A stretch of 64,000 nt of DNA from Octopus sinensis (taxonomy: Eukaryota), in NCBI RefSeq assembly GCF_006345805.1, contig NC_042999.1, positions 74,586,001 to 74,650,000 on the forward strand, read 5' to 3'. This document shows, in pieces, positions 1 to 13,575 of this stretch; position 1 is the first letter of the stretch; each line of letters starts with the position of its first letter. A program made the translations under genes and the position numbers. Under the pieces are notes generated by a model. That model worked only from the letters and a program-made list of their open reading frames with translations. It made no database searches and had not been told where the DNA came from.

Positions 1-277
1 GTGAGCGTGGTTGTTGCCAGAACTGCCTGACTGGCCCTCATACTGGTAGCATGTAAATAGCACCCACTACACTCTCAGAGTGGTTGGCGTTAGGGAGGGC
101 ATCCAGCTGTAGAAACTTTGCCAGACCAGATTGAGCCTTGTACAGCCTCTGGCTCACCACTCTTCAGTCAAGCTGTCCAACCCATGCCAGCATGGAAAGC
201 GGATGTTAAATGATGATAATGATGATGATGATGACATATATATACTTCCTCCATTTACTTCTTGCATATGTATATAC

Positions 278-322
<45 letters not shown>

Positions 323-447
323 GCTTGTTTCAGTTTCTGTCTTCCAAATCCACTCACAAAGCTTTTAGTTGCCCCCAGGCTATGGTACAACCATGCGATT
401 TACAAACTTATAAGTCATTGATTTTTTTTTTCTATTTCTCAATGCAG

Positions 448-610
448 AAGGAAAGAAACCTTTCACATCATTATACATTCTGGGCCATGAAGCGCTTCTC
501 ACTGAATATGTCCTGGAACCCCGCCCTAAAGCCGCAGCGACGGACAAGATATCTGATGACACACCGCTAGAGCTCGTTGTGATTGGACAATTCCAGTGGC
601 CTCTACAGAG
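448..610 (+). CDS. BCAS3: BCAS3/rudhira coding exon (internal; upstream exons lie outside the window)
   Basis: Polypyrimidine + CAG acceptor at 445-447 and GTAACA donor at 611. Reads GKKPFTSLYILGHEALLTEYVLEPRPKAAATDKISDDTPLELVVIGQFQWPLQR, resembling the BCAS3 segment 'EPRP...KISDDTPLE'. Phase 1 in, phase 2 out. Confidence 0.9.
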
Positions 611-754
611 GTAACAGTCTTTTTTTTAATCTGCATTTTACTTGTTATAGGTGTTAAACTGTAGCCAAGCTATGGCATTAACCTTGATGGGTTTTGGTTG
701 AAGAGAGCAACCCTGATGCGTATCTTTTTAGGTTTTGTTTCTTTCTCTGTTTGG

Positions 755-2150
755 ACTGTTGCCATGCTGGAGCACCACATTGAAGTGATTGGTCTCTGTG
801 CCACGTTGTGGGCAGAAATAGGTTTGCAGGCCATGCTGGGACAGTGATTGATTTGTGAGCTGTGCTGAAATGGTCATTGGCTTGTGGGCTGCACTGGAAC
901 AGCCATTGGCCCATAGGTTGCATCAGAACAGTCATTGGCCTATGGGCCACACTGGAACACTCATTGGCCTGCGGGCTGCATCAGAACAATCATTGGCCCA
1001 CAGGCCATGCTTGTCTCAGTCATTGGCCTGTGGGTCACACTGGATCAGTTCACTTGAAGGGTCTTGGTTGAAGACAGCAACAGCAAGGCTTTTGCCTGGT
1101 TTTCAGTCATAGGCCTGTGTGCCATTTATTGTCTTAGTGCAGCCTGAGTGTTAATGACTGCGCTGGCATGGTTTGTGGGCCAATGACTGTGCTGGCGTGG
1201 TTTGTGGGCCAATGATGTCTTGGAGCAGTCTGTGGGCCATGCCTGTCGGAAAGTGTGTTTCGTAAAAGATGGAAGTCTGTAGCAAGTATGTTGCGAGTGA
1301 AAGAACCTGTCTAAATGAGAACAAAAAAGGATGAAGCAAAGTCTTCAGCGTGAGTTTGTGGTTTGTGGTGTGGACTGCATCCTACGCTTCATTTTTTTGT
1401 AAATCACTCATTCCCTTTTAATTGTATATATTTTAATTGTTTATTCATATGTTTCGTCTCATTCAATCCCCTGACCCCAATGTTTGTTTTGGCTGTCCTT
1501 GTATCGTCCCCTCTTTTTCTGAACCTCATGGTTAATAAAGAAATTGACTGTCTTGGTGCAGCTTGCAGGCCAATGAATGAATTTCAGGTGTTTGTCATTA
1601 TCATCATCATTTAAATGCCCATTTAACTATGCTGGCCATGCTGCAACAATCTTTTTGACTGCAGGCCACACTGGAACAATAATTGGCTCATGGGCCATGC
1701 TTTAGTTATTGGCCTGGGGGGCACACCAAGACAGTCTTTGCTCCACTGTCTACATTGGAAGATCCTTTGGTTCGTAGCTTGCATCAAGACAGTAATTGGT
1801 CCGCAGGCCATACTGAGACAATCCACACCAGAACAGAAACTGGCCTGCAAGCTGTGCCAGCACAGTTATTAGCCTGTGGAATGTGTCACGACAGTCATTC
1901 ACTCATGGGCTGCAGTAGAACAACCTTTGGCCCATAGATGACACTGAGACAGTCATTGGCTTGTGGGCCATGCTTGTTTCAGTCATCAGACCTTGGGCCA
2001 CATCATTTACTGCCTATGTTTCTATGCTGGTATGAGTAGGACTGTTATAGCGCGGCCCGCAGGCCAAAGATTCATGCAGCGTGGTCTGCAGGTGAATGAC
2101 TGTATTGGTGTGGCCTGCAAGCCAATGACTGTCTCAAAGCAGTCCACCAG
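755..2150. repeat. Degenerate ~30-bp minisatellite (CAGTCATTGGCCTGTGGGCCATGCTGGAA-like) in both orientations; more units at 2880-3035
   Basis: Recurrent CAGTCATTGGCC / GGCCATGCTGG units resembling the end of the local SINE (CTGCGGCCATGCTGGAGCAC). Confidence 0.7.
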
Positions 2151-2565
2151 AGAGCTGTCTGAACTCCAGGAATTCATCATCATTATTATCATCATTTTAT
2201 GCTCACTTTTCCATCCTGTCGGGATTTAGACAATGTGACAGGAGCTGGCCAGTCAGGGGGAGCTGTCTGGTCTCTAATTGTTTGTTTTTGTAGAGATTTT
2301 CTTTTTCTTACAGCTGTATGCCCTTCCTAATATCACTTCCACTTTACAGCGTGTTCTGTGTGCTTTTTCACATGTCACCAGCACCCAACAGGACCACACT
2401 CTCAAAGCTGGGACACCAAGATTGAACTGGGGGTGGGAAGAGGAAAAAAAGCCATCAAAATTGTCCCCTGCATTTCAACCCTCCCCCCATCCAGTCCCTA
2501 CTTCCTTCATATATGATCATTTTTATTTCTAAAATCTATTTTGTGTGTCTCTCTTTTTTTCTTAG

Positions 2566-2666
2566 GTTAAAATCTTCTCCAGAGCTTCTTGCCCCACTTG
2601 CTTCAAATAATCCGCTTATCTCTGCCTCTACAGCTGTTTCAACTCGTCAACCTTCCATGCAAATTG
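2566..2666 (+). CDS. BCAS3: BCAS3 coding exon
   Basis: TTTTTTTCTTAG acceptor and GTAAGT donor at 2667. Reads LKSSPELLAPLASNNPLISASTAVSTRQPSMQI. Phase 2 in and phase 1 out, matching both neighbours. Confidence 0.85.
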
Positions 2667-3154
2667 GTAAGTGCAAATTGCAAACTGGAATCTTTTCTAT
2701 TCCAATTGATTTTGTATTTGGTGTATGGGTGTAATTTTTTTTGTACAGTAATCATTGCCATGAAGTTCATTTTCACCAAAAATCAATAGATATGAAGAGT
2801 TAATAACTTTTAAAGTATGAATATTTTGGGTAATTTTAAGCCAATCACAAGCCATACACACATTCATGCCTGCAATAAAGCACCAGTTATTGGCCCGTGG
2901 GCCATGCTTGGGCAGTTGTCAGCTTGCTGGACGCATTGAGGCAGACATTGGCCTGTAGGCCATGTTTGGGTGGCCATCCGCCCATGTGTCACCCTGGGGG
3001 TGTGTATTGGCCTGCAGGCCATGCTTCGGCAGCTAACTTTTAAAGTTCAAAACTTTTTGGTAATTTTAGCCATTTGTAAGCCACAGATACATTCATGCCT
3101 CTTTCCATAGCATCAAGCCAAACATTAAGAACTCTTTTGTTTGTGAGAAAGTAT

Positions 3155-3950
3155 TAGAGTGTCAAGAAAGTTCTTGCACTGTTTAACCTTTAAATTCAGA
3201 TGCACATATCTCGACTCAAACAAAACTTTATTAATTAAAATAGACACTATCAGAACCAACAGACTTTTGCCAACGTGAAACAAGTTTATTTTTGCCAATA
3301 GTATAAAAATCCTGTGTTCAGGAGGCGATGAATCGTTGAAGGCATGTTTAACATCATCTTGGTTTTTTAAGCATTTCTCATGCAGGAAGTTGTTGAGACT
3401 CTTGAAAAAGTGGTAGTCGGTAGGTGAGAGGTCTGATGAGTATGGCAGATGAGGCAGAGTTACATAGCCCAAATCGTTCAACTTCTGTACGACGTACAGC
3501 CGAGCATTGTTGTGAAGAATCGGTCCTTTTCTATTGACCAATGCTGGCTGTTGTTGTCAGAGTTTTTTATGCATGTCATCCATTTGCTGACAGTACTCCT
3601 CTGCCGTAATGGTTTCATCTGGATCCAAAAATCTGTGATAGACGAGATCAGCTGCAGACCATCAAACAGTCACCATGACATTCTTTTGGTGCAACTATAG
3701 CTTCAGGAAGTGCTGTGGAGCTTTGTCAGTGTCCAGCCATTGAGCTGAGTGTCGCCGGTTGTTGTAAAGAATTCACTTTTCATCGCAAGTCAGAATTCAG
3801 TTGAGAAACGGGTCATTGTTGTTGCATAAAAGAAGGAAGATGACACTTCAAAATGGTGTTTTATTTTGGTTGTCGTTCAATTCGTGCAGCACCCATTTCT
3901 TAACTGTTTTTGTTTTCCCAATCTCTTTGAAGTGGATAGAAATTATCGTA
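3155..3950 (-). mobile_element. Truncated mariner (Tc1/mariner, DD34D) copy
   Basis: TIR TTAGAGTGTCAAGAAAGTTCTT at ~3155. ORF has GPILHNNAR...PYSSDLSPTDYHFF. Same family as 12100-13374. Confidence 0.85.
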
Positions 3951-3951
3951 T

Positions 3952-6900
3952 ACATCATCATCATCATCATCATCCTTTAACGTCCGCTTTCAATGCTGGC
4001 ATGGGTTGGATAATTTGAATAAGGACTGGCAAACCAGTTCGCTGCACCAGGCTCCAATTTGATCTAGCAGAGTTTCTACAGCTGGATGCCCTTCCTAATG
4101 CCAACCACTCCGAGAGTGTAGTTTGTGCTTTTATGTGCCACCAGCACGAAGGCCAGTCAGGCAGCATTGGCAACGGCCATGCTCAAATGGTGTTTTTATG
4201 TGCCACCTGCACAGGAGCCAGTCCAGCAGCACTGGCAATGACCTTGATCGAATATTTTTTCACATGCCACTGGTACAAGTGCCAGTAAGGTGATGCTGGT
4301 AACGATCCCACTCAAATGGTGCTTTTTATGTGCCACTGGCATGGAAGCCAGTCAGCTGTTCTGGCAACGATCACGCTCATATGGTGCTCTTAGTACTTCA
4401 CTAGCATGGATGCCAGTCATGCTGTGCTGTCATCGAATTTGATTTCAATTTCGATTTCACTTGCCTCGACAGGTCTTTGCAAGCAGAGTTTAGTGTCCAA
4501 TGAAGGAAAGGTATGCATAAGTGAACTGGCTACACCCCTGGCATAGGTCACTTGTTATGGTCTCACTTGGCTTGCTGGGTCTTCTCAAGCACAGCATATT
4601 TTCAAAGGTCTTGGTCACTAGTCACTAGTGAGGCCTAATGTTTGAAGGTTGCGCTTCACCACCTCATCCCAGGTCTTCTGGAGTCTACCTCTTCCATAGG
4701 ATCCCTCAACTGCTTGGGTGTGACACTTTTTCACATAGCTATCCTCATCCATTCTTGCCACATGACCATACCAGTGCAGTCAGCTCTCTTGCACACCACA
4801 TCTTATGCTTCTTAGGTCCAACTTTTCTCTCAAGGTACTTACATTGTTGAGTATGCACACTGACATTACACATTCAGTGGAGCATACTAGCTTCATTCCT
4901 TGCAAGCTTATGCATGTCCTCAGCAGTCACGGCCCATGTTCCACTGGCTGTTCATACATATGCATCATACAGTCTACCTTTCACTCTGACCGAAAGGCCC
5001 TTTGTCACCAGCAGAGGTAAGAGCTCTCTAAACTTTGCCCATGCTATTCTTATTCTAGTTGCTACACTTTCAGAGCACCCACCCTTTCTACTGAGTTGGT
5101 CACCTAGGTAACAGAAGCTATCAACTACTTCTAGTTTTTCTCCCTGGAATTTGGCAGAAGTTGTTCTCTGCACATTTTCTGTGTTTATTTCTCCTGAGCA
5201 TCTGCCACATACAAAAGCTATCTTCCCAGTTAGCCTTCCTTTGATATTGCTGCACCTTTTATGTGTCCATAGCTTACACTGGGTACATCTCATGGAGTTT
5301 CTACCTACCTAAAGAGATTTGTGGTTTGTCTGCCTTCCTACTTATTAGGACTTTGGTTTTAGCTAGGTTGACTCTATGTTAGAATACGACCGCACGAGAG
5401 GGAGTTTCGGTGACATGTTTCTCCTCTTGTTCAACAGCGTCCAGCCGCATCCCAACATAACATAACATAAGGTTACATAAGCCATAATACATGTTTAATA
5501 TACAGTACCAAAGTAAATGTATAAAGGAACGCCAAAAACCGTTCTACTTTTATAAAGAGAAGATATATTTATTTCACAGTGTACAAAGTGATTTGTTTTT
5601 ATTAGCCTAGTGTTGTGTCATGAATGCCTGCTTAATATATTTGTGTCTATGTGTTCGTGTGTGCGACAAAAGTACAGAAGTAAGGTTTATGCAAATACAA
5701 CAGAGCATGAGAGAAGTCTCAACATTTTGAGTTTAAATGGAGTTACTTTAGAGTTATTTTACCAGTTCATGTAGTACACAATAATGAGTTCTATACAAGA
5801 TTTGAGTCTCGGAGCGGAGATTAGTTAAGTCACTTGTTGTGCATATTTTTCTCTTGATACAGATATTCTTCCAGATATATATACTGCAACTGTTTTTCCG
5901 TGGTGAGATTTTCACACTAACAGCATGAGTTGAATCTGTATTTATCTCGTGTACAGTTGAATCTTTGTAGATGGAGACGATGTTGGTTATGACGTTATGT
6001 CTGTCGCTTGGTTTACAATAGCGTCTTCATATTATGTTTTGCTTGGTTGTCGTCTGCCTTTCGAACTGGAACATGGTTGAGTAAGCTCTGTGTGGTCTCC
6101 GACTAAGACCTTAAAAGGTCTTAAGCCAAAAGATGTGAATCGTGATATGATCAGCCTATTTAAAGAGTTAAGATGGCTCAAATGAAAAGTCCTATCCGAA
6201 AGCCGTGATTGGTCAGTTTACACACTGGCGCGAAGTAAGTATAGAGACAGACTGCGCTTAGATGCTAACCAATCAAAATAGTGGACACAACATGGTTAAA
6301 CTAGCCAAAGATGTTTGTAATCTCAAACGAGATCAGTCTTAATATTTTTCTCAAACAGTGAAGATAGCAATGAAGAAAACAATATTGCTACAACTCTAAG
6401 GCCTTTTGATTCAAATCCTTGCTTCCACACCCAAAACTTCTCCTCTAGTTCTGATTGTGACTCAGCAATTAAAGCAAGGTCGTCAGCATAGAGAAGCTCC
6501 CAGGGGCATCCTGTCTTGAATTCCTCTGTTATTGCTTGGAGGACTATGATAAATAGGAGGGGGCTGAGGACTGAACCTTGGTGAACCCCTACCTCTACCC
6601 GGAATTCTTCACTGTACTCGTTGTCAACCCTCGCCTTACTGACAGCATCCCTGTACATAGCTTGCACAGCCCTCACTAACCATTCATCTATCCCTAGTTT
6701 CCTCATTGACCACCAGATAAGGGATCGGGGGACCCTGTCAAAGGCTTTCTCCATGTCAACGAAAGCCAGGTGCAGGGGCTTATCTTTGGCTAGGTATTTC
6801 TCCTGCAGCTGTCTTACCAAAAATATGGCATCAGTGGTGCTTTTCCCTGGCACAAAACCAAATTGCATCGCATCCAAGTTGACTCTCTCCCTAATCAGTT

Positions 6901-7160
6901 GGGCTATGACCCTCTCTGTAACCTTCATTACCTGATCCAACAGCTTAATACCTCTGTAATTATTTGTATCTAGGGCGTCACCTTTACCTTTGTAGCAGTT
7001 GACTATTATGCTGCTACATCAGTCATTGGGTATGACTCCTTCGTGTATCATCTGGTTAACTATACGGGTGACTAAGCTATAGCCAACACCGCCAGATATT
7101 TTGACCACCTCTGCGATGATCCCTGATGGGCTGGGGGCTTTTCCTGTCTCCATACTCTTC
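3952..7160 (-). mobile_element. RTE-clade LINE, 5'-truncated, with long 3' UTR and (GAT)n tail; interrupted by a solo LTR
   Basis: RT motifs QFGFVPGKSTTDAIF, FVDMEKAFD, GVHQGSVLSPLLF and LYADDL. PHD-like CTQCKLWTHKRC insertion. (CAT)n at 3952-3972. Confidence 0.88.
5377..6392. mobile_element. Solo LTR (~1016 bp) inserted into the RTE RT
   Basis: Starts TGT, ends ACA, flanked by ACTCTA at 5371-5376 and 6393-6398. Removing it restores ...SKGLRV-NLAKTKVL... of the LINE. Confidence 0.8.
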
Positions 7161-8109
7161 CTAATGCCCTTCCTAAGGCTAACCACTCTGAGGGTGTAGT
7201 GGGTGCTTTTATGTCCCACCGGCACAAGGGCTAGTAAGGTGGTTCTGGCAATGACTAGGCTCAAAAGGTGTTTTTACGTGCTACCTGCACTGGAGCTAGT
7301 CTAGTGGCAATGGCAACGACCACACTTGAATGTTGTTTTTCATGTGCCGGTAAGGTGACACTGGCGATGATCATGCTCAAATGGTGCTTTTCATGTGTCA
7401 CCAGCACAGGAGCCAATCCGTGGCCCTGGCAACGATCACACTTGGATGTGCTCTCAACATTCCACTGGCATGAGTGCCAATCAGGCTGTACTGTCATCGG
7501 CCACGTCAGCGATTTTGCTTTGTTTACACTTGCCTCAATAGGTCTTTGCAAGCAAAGTTCATTGTCCAATGAATGAGGGGTTTTCATAAGTGGGCTTGTT
7601 ACACCCCTCGCTTGGATGTGCTTTTAACGTTCAAGTGGCATCTGTGTGTGCCAATCAGGCGGTACTGTCACTAGCCACGTCTGCGATTTTGATTTGTCAC
7701 TTGCCTCAATAGGTCTTTGCAAGCAAAGTTCATTGTCCAATGAATGAGGGGTACTCATAAGTGGGCCAATTGCACCCCACCTTTGCATGTGTTTTTAACA
7801 TCCCACTAGCATGAGTGCCAATCAGGCGGTACTGTCATCGGCCACATCAGCGATTTTGATTTAGAATAGAATTTGATTTGCTTACAGTTTCATATTAAAA
7901 CTCAAGCTATTTTCAGAATGTTAATTTGTGCAATCCTACACAAATTGACAGCTTCCATAGCATGGTTTTTGATTGGTTAAAAACATTCAAACTTTAAACC
8001 TCTGTAACTATTTAAAAAAGTTTTTCAGGAAAAAGTTAAATATCTCCTGAGATTCAATGTGAAAACTACATCAATACACCAAGTTTTAAAATGCTAGCTT
8101 CATTTCTTT

Positions 8110-9790
8110 CAAGCCTTCACAGGTCCTCTATTCTCAAAACCCACATTTCACTGCTATTTAATATATCTGTGTGTGCACAGGCATAATGCAACAAGCTTTT
8201 CACTCTGAGGATGAGGCCCTAAGTTACTATCTTCCTGGGTCTACCTTTTCTATAGGTATCCTCCACAATTACATGAACATACTAGTGCAGTCTTCTAACT
8301 TGCACACATCTGATGCTGTGTATCCCCCTTGTGAAGGCGCATGGCTCAGTTGTTAGACTGTTCAGCTTATGATCATGAGGTTTAGTTTGAATCCCAGACC
8401 AGGCTGCATGTTGTGTTCTTGAGCAGGACACTTACTTCACGTTGTTCCAGTTCTCTCAGCTGTAGAAATGAGTTGCAATGTCACAGGTGCCAAGCTGTAT
8501 CGGCCCTTTGCCTTTCCTTTGGATAACACTGGTGGCATGGAGAGGGGTGGCCAGTATGCATAGGCGACTGCTGGTCTTCAATAAACAACTTTGCCCGGAC
8601 TTGTTCCTAGGAGGGTAACTTTATCGGTGCAATCCCATGGTCAGTCATGACCGAAGGGGGTCTCAGCTCAGCATGTATACCCAGTTTCTTTCTCAAATCT
8701 CTTACACTCTGTCATATCCACATACTGACATTACCTATCCAGCCGATCATGCTAGCTTCATTCTGTTCAAGCCTTTGCAAGTCCTCTGTAGTTTCACTGC
8801 CATGTAATATAGTTGTACATAAAACAGGCATCATACAATCTGCCACTCCCTCTGAGGGAGAGAGCTTTAGTTACTAATGTCTTCCTGTATCTACCCCTTC
8901 TACATCTACCCTCCACAATTACAGCTTGGCGCTTCTTTATGCGGCTGTCCTCATTTATAAGCATTATGAAGCCATAGCAACGTAATCTTACTTCTTGCAC
9001 ACATCTGATGCTTTGCATAGCCAGTTTTCCTCTTAAATCATTTACACTCTGTCATGCATGTACACTGACATAACCATCCAGCAGAGCATGTTAGCTTCCT
9101 TTATTTCAAGCTTTCATGAGCCCTCTATACTCAAAGCCCACATTTCACTGCCATCTAACATAGCTTTATGTACACAGGCATCATAAACCTGCATTTCACT
9201 CTGAGGATGAGGCCTTTAGTTACTAACAAATGTAGAAGCACTCTGAACTTTGGCCAGCCTGTTCTTATTGTACTAACTACACTTTTAAACCATTGCAAGT
9301 CCTCTGAAATCATAGCCTATGTTTCACTACTATGTAACAGCTGTATGTACACAGGCATCATACAACCTGCCTTTCACTCTGAGGATGAGGCCCTTTGTTA
9401 CCAACTTCTTCCTGGGTCTACCCCTTTCACAGGTACACTTCACACTTAAAGCTTGGCACGTCTTTACACAACTGTCCACAATCATACACATTACATGGTC
9501 ATACCAGCACAATTTTCCCTCTTACACACAACATCTGATGCCTAGTATCCCTAGATTTTCCTCTTAAATCATTTACACTCTGTTGTGCATGCACACTGAC
9601 ATTACCCATCCAGCAGAGCATGCTAGTTTCATTTCTTTCAAGCCTTCTCAAGTTCTCTTTAATTGAAGCCAGTTTCACTGCCACGTAGCATAGCTGTATG
9701 TACACAAGCATCATAGAACCTGCCTTTCACTCTGAGGATGCCTTTAGTTACTAACAAAGAAGTTCTGCGAACTTTGCCCAGACTCTTTTA
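8110..9790 (-). mobile_element. Patchwork of 3-4 diverged copies of the RTE RT C-terminal segment; another copy at 10425-10550
   Basis: Repeated VKGRLYDACV / RRLERNE.SML.W / RC.VQE.RL.WYG / RGRP motifs. Confidence 0.75.
8331..8665 (+). mobile_element. tRNA-headed SINE
   Basis: A-box-like TGGCTCAGTTG, B-box-like GTTTGAATCCC, then a CORE-like TTGAGCAGGACACTT. A related head lies on the minus strand at 23595-23710. Confidence 0.65.
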
Positions 9791-10092
9791 CTTGTTTCAG
9801 TCATTTGACTGCAGCCATGCTGGAGCACCGCCTTTAGTCGAATAAATCGACTCCAGTACTTATTCTTTGTAAGCCTAGTACTTATTCTATCGGTCTCTTT
9901 TGCCGAACCGCTGAGTTACAGGGAGAAGAAAGTTGGCAATGCAGTTACATGGGACTGAAACACCTTCCACTAAGACATCTAGTATCTTAGCATAACGAAG
10001 TTACCACATGACCAAATTCCCACACCCTATTATCTTAGAAATTACTCTTTCAGTCTGAAATTTATAATGTGTTTTTTATTTTAATTTCATAG

Positions 10093-10193
10093 ATTATGCA
10101 GAGCCTTGCCAGGTCACACGTCATGATTCGAAAGACAGCCTCTCTTCTGAGCAGTGCAATAAAGAAGATACAGATGAAATATGGCTTCCACAG
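10093..10193 (+). CDS. BCAS3: BCAS3 coding exon
   Basis: TTTCATAG acceptor and GTTTGT donor. Reads DYAEPCQVTRHDSKDSLSSEQCNKEDTDEIWLPQ, resembling BCAS3 'TRHGSYDSLASD...EEWLSQ'. Phase 1 in, phase 0 out. Confidence 0.88.
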
Positions 10194-10993
10194 GTTTGTA
10201 GACTCATCATTATTTTCTGTTTAGCTTTGATGTGTTTCAATCATTAGACTAGCCATGCTGGGACACTGCCTTGATGGGTTTTAATCATCAACAGCAATGC
10301 TACTATTAATAGTCATTGCCAAGCTAACATGGCAGTCCAGGAAAATAGAACGAATGCTGCCGTTGATTAGCTCCAAGAGGCCATCACCTCTAGCTGGCTA
10401 TGTGACACAAACCTTCGTCCATTACAACCTCCCACACGTTCCCTCTATAATTAGAGATTGGCACCTCTTGATGCCATTGTCCTCTTTCATACACATTACT
10501 TGGCCATACCAGCACAGTCTTCTTTCTTGCACACTACATCTGATGCATACCATGCTTTTACTTAGGGTTAGGGTTTTCAAGCACAGGAAACTGTTTTCCA
10601 GGAGTCTCACTCTCCTGTCATCACTTCTGTTAGTCCCAACATCTGTAGATCGCTTCTCACTGCTTCGTCACACATTTTCTTGGCTCTACCCCTTCCACAT
10701 GTTTCATGTGGAGAAAAAAAAATTTCTCTTATGGTAAAACGGTGTAAAAATACCATATCTGTCCAGTGCTGTTTCTGTTGGATTCCCAGACGTGTTTCTA
10801 GCTGTTTATCAATGGGTAATATCTAAGCTGTTATCAATGGGTGATATCTAAGAAATGCTTCACCATAGAAAACTTGACAGACAATAAAATTGAAGATGGT
10901 TCCTTGAAATAATGGAGTATATATACACATTTCAGGAGTTCTTGCTCTCTCATCAGTGTAACATTATTCAATATACCAATTTTACTACAATAA

Positions 10994-11221
<228 letters not shown>

Positions 11222-11238
11222 TAAGTGATATATTTCTA

Positions 11239-11655
11239 GCAATAATAAATCTCTGAGTGATGTATAAACAGTAGCTGCATGACATCGTGAAGTATATTTG
11301 CCACTTAAATGTGGCTAACCCTTAAAAGATGATGCTACTGTAGCTTGTAGCCCCAGGAAGACATCTCCTCCAGCAGGCTATTGACACACTTTCTGTGCCC
11401 TATCAGTATTTGCCAAGGGAAGTCATCGTTACCATCACCAACCTGACATGATACACATGGACCAGAGTTTCTGGGTATTGACCCATCATCAGTGTGTGAC
11501 AATCACAAGTTGTCGATATGAAGTGGTTCCCTATGCAAAAATATATATACTTTTTCCAGTGACAAAAAGTCACTGATCTCAGAAAAGTGTAAACAAGCAA
11601 TAACAAATCTGTGAGCGAGGTATGGACAGTAGCTGCACAACATCGTGAAATATAC
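11239..11655 (-). mobile_element. Hammerhead-containing partial-tandem repeat, family B (~358-bp monomer)
   Basis: GCAATAA.AAATCT.TGAG recurs at 11239 and 11597. Internal hammerhead motif. Second copy at 22118-22651. Confidence 0.75.
11454..11498 (-). ncRNA. Type I hammerhead ribozyme motif (family B)
   Basis: Minus strand reads cacaca CTGATGA TGGGT-CAAT-ACCCA GAAA C-tctg-G T C catgtg. Perfect stem II, GUC site, stem I partly decayed. Confidence 0.7.
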
Positions 11656-11785
11656 ATTATTTACCTTATTTACATTTGACAGATATTTGTCCTCAGCTTG
11701 TTTGTTGTTAACACGTTTTGGCTGATATACCTTCCAGCTTTCCTCAGGTATCTTGGGGAAATTTCGAACCTGGGTTCTCATTCAC
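11655..11785 (-). mobile_element. 3' fragment of family A (tRNA-head/hammerhead SINE)
   Basis: Matches the tails at 31594-31720 and 37333-37470. Core decayed (CTGAGGA...AAAACG). Confidence 0.7.
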
Positions 11786-11789
11786 TTCC

Positions 11790-12099
11790 TTGCCACTGGA
11801 CTATCATCTCTTGAGGCCCGTGAAAGAGGGTTTCAGACGCAAACATTATTCCAGTGACAAGAAAGTGAAAACTAGTGAAGAAGTGGCTCAAAAAACAGTC
11901 AACAGAATTTTACGGAGCAGGGATACATGCTTTCATTCAATGGTGGAACATTGCTATTGAGAGAAACAGTAACTATGTTGAGAAGTAGGGATGTGATCCA
12001 CAGAGGACCAGCTTCATTTTGATGTATGATACATTTTCCTGTGTTGGTAATTATACTTATCCTAAACAAAATGGCATTACTTTTTGATTAACCCTCGTA
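11790..12099 (+). mobile_element. 3' fragment of a second mariner family
   Basis: DYHLLRPVKEGFRRKHYSSD and end ACTTTTTGATTAACCCTCGTA. Same family as 32664-33395 and 43110-43278. Confidence 0.75.
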
Positions 12100-13374
12100 T
12101 TAGGTTGTCAAGAAAGTTCTTGCGATTTTTAACCTTTCAATTCAGATGCACATATCTCTGCTCAAACAAAACTCTATTAATTGAAATAAACATCATCACA
12201 ATCAACACACTTTTGCCAACATGAAACAAGTTTATTTATGCCAGTAGCGTAAAAAATCCTGCATACTGGTGGCGATGAAGTCGTTGAAAATGTGTTTAGC
12301 ATCGTCTTGGTTTTTGAAACATTTCTCACACAGGAAGTTGACAAGATGCTTGAAAAAGTGGTAGTCAATAGGCGAGAGGTCTGGTGAGTATGGCAGATGA
12401 GGCAGAGTTTCGTGGCTCAATTCGTTCAACTTATGCAGGGTCAGTTGTGCAACGTGCAGCTGAGCGTTGTCGTGGAGAAGAATTGGTCCTTTTCTATTGA
12501 ACAATGCTGCTGTCGTTGTTGGAGTTTCTTATGCATTTCATCAATTTGCTGACAGTACTTCTCTGCTGTAATGATTTCGCCTGGATCCAAAAAGCTGTGA
12601 TGGATGAGACCAGCTGCAGACCACCGAACAGTCACCATGATGTTCTTTTGGTGCAATTTGGTTTTGAGAAGTGCCGTGGAGCTTCGTCGGCATCCAACCA
12701 CTGAGCTGAGCATTGCCGGTTGTCGTAAGGAATCTACTTTTCATCGCAAATCATAATTCGGTTGAGAAATGGGTTGTTCTTGATGCGTACAAGAATGGAA
12801 GATGACAATTCAAAACGGCGTTTTTTTTTTGGTTGTCGTTCAGTTCGTGTGGCACCGATTTCTCAAGTATTTTTGTTTTTCCAATCTCTTTCAAGTGGTT
12901 GGAAATTGTCGTATACGTTACGTCTAATTCAGAAGCAAGCTCTCGAACAGTTGTGCGTGGATTGGCTTCGACTAGAGATCTTAGTTGAATGTTGTCAACA
13001 TCCAATGGCTGACCACTGTGCTTCTCTTCTTCAAGACTCATCATCGCTATGAAATTTCTTGAACCACCATTGTGCTGTACATTCATTAGTGGTTCCTGGG
13101 CCAAATGCATCGTTGATATTGTGAGCTGTTTCAGCAGCTTTATGGCCTAGCTTGAACTGGAATAAGAAAATTGTGTGAATTTGCTTTTTGTCCATGTTAT
13201 ATTCAACTTTCCAGGAAAAAATGGCCTAATTAGGAAAAAAGTAACACGATTAGATAGTGAAAAATGGGCTTTAAAATGATATATAAAGTCAAATTAATTT
13301 AATGAAAATTAATTGGAAAATACGTAATTTAAAACCAAAATTTAAAATTAGAAAGAACTTTCTTGACAACCTAA
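12100..13374 (-). mobile_element. Full-length mariner transposon with pseudogenised transposase
   Basis: Perfect 22-bp TIRs TTAGGTTGTCAAGAAAGTTCTT (12100-12121 and 13353-13374), TA on both sides. HTH, (W/S)VPHEL, LLHDNA and YSPDLSPIDYHFF motifs split across frames. Confidence 0.93.
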
Positions 13375-13444
13375 TAATAATTTGTACAATAAATTTGCAT
13401 CCAATTAATTATGTATTCATGTCATGTGCATTTTGTGTTGCTAG

Positions 13445-13575
13445 GATCCAGCCCGCACGATCAAGTCCTGTTGCAATGCCAAACACGAGGCCAGCTTACC
13501 GAAGGTCGTCGGGGTGTGACAACACGATGCCGACGAACCGAGGGTCGACATCTTCACCATTGCTAATAGAAGCTG
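13445..13575 (+). CDS. BCAS3: BCAS3 coding exon
   Basis: TTGCTAG acceptor and GTAAGT donor at 13576. Reads IQPARSSPVAMPNTRPAYRRSSGCD...LLIEA, resembling 'IQPVRSDPVSMP'. Phase 2 in, phase 1 out. Confidence 0.9.
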
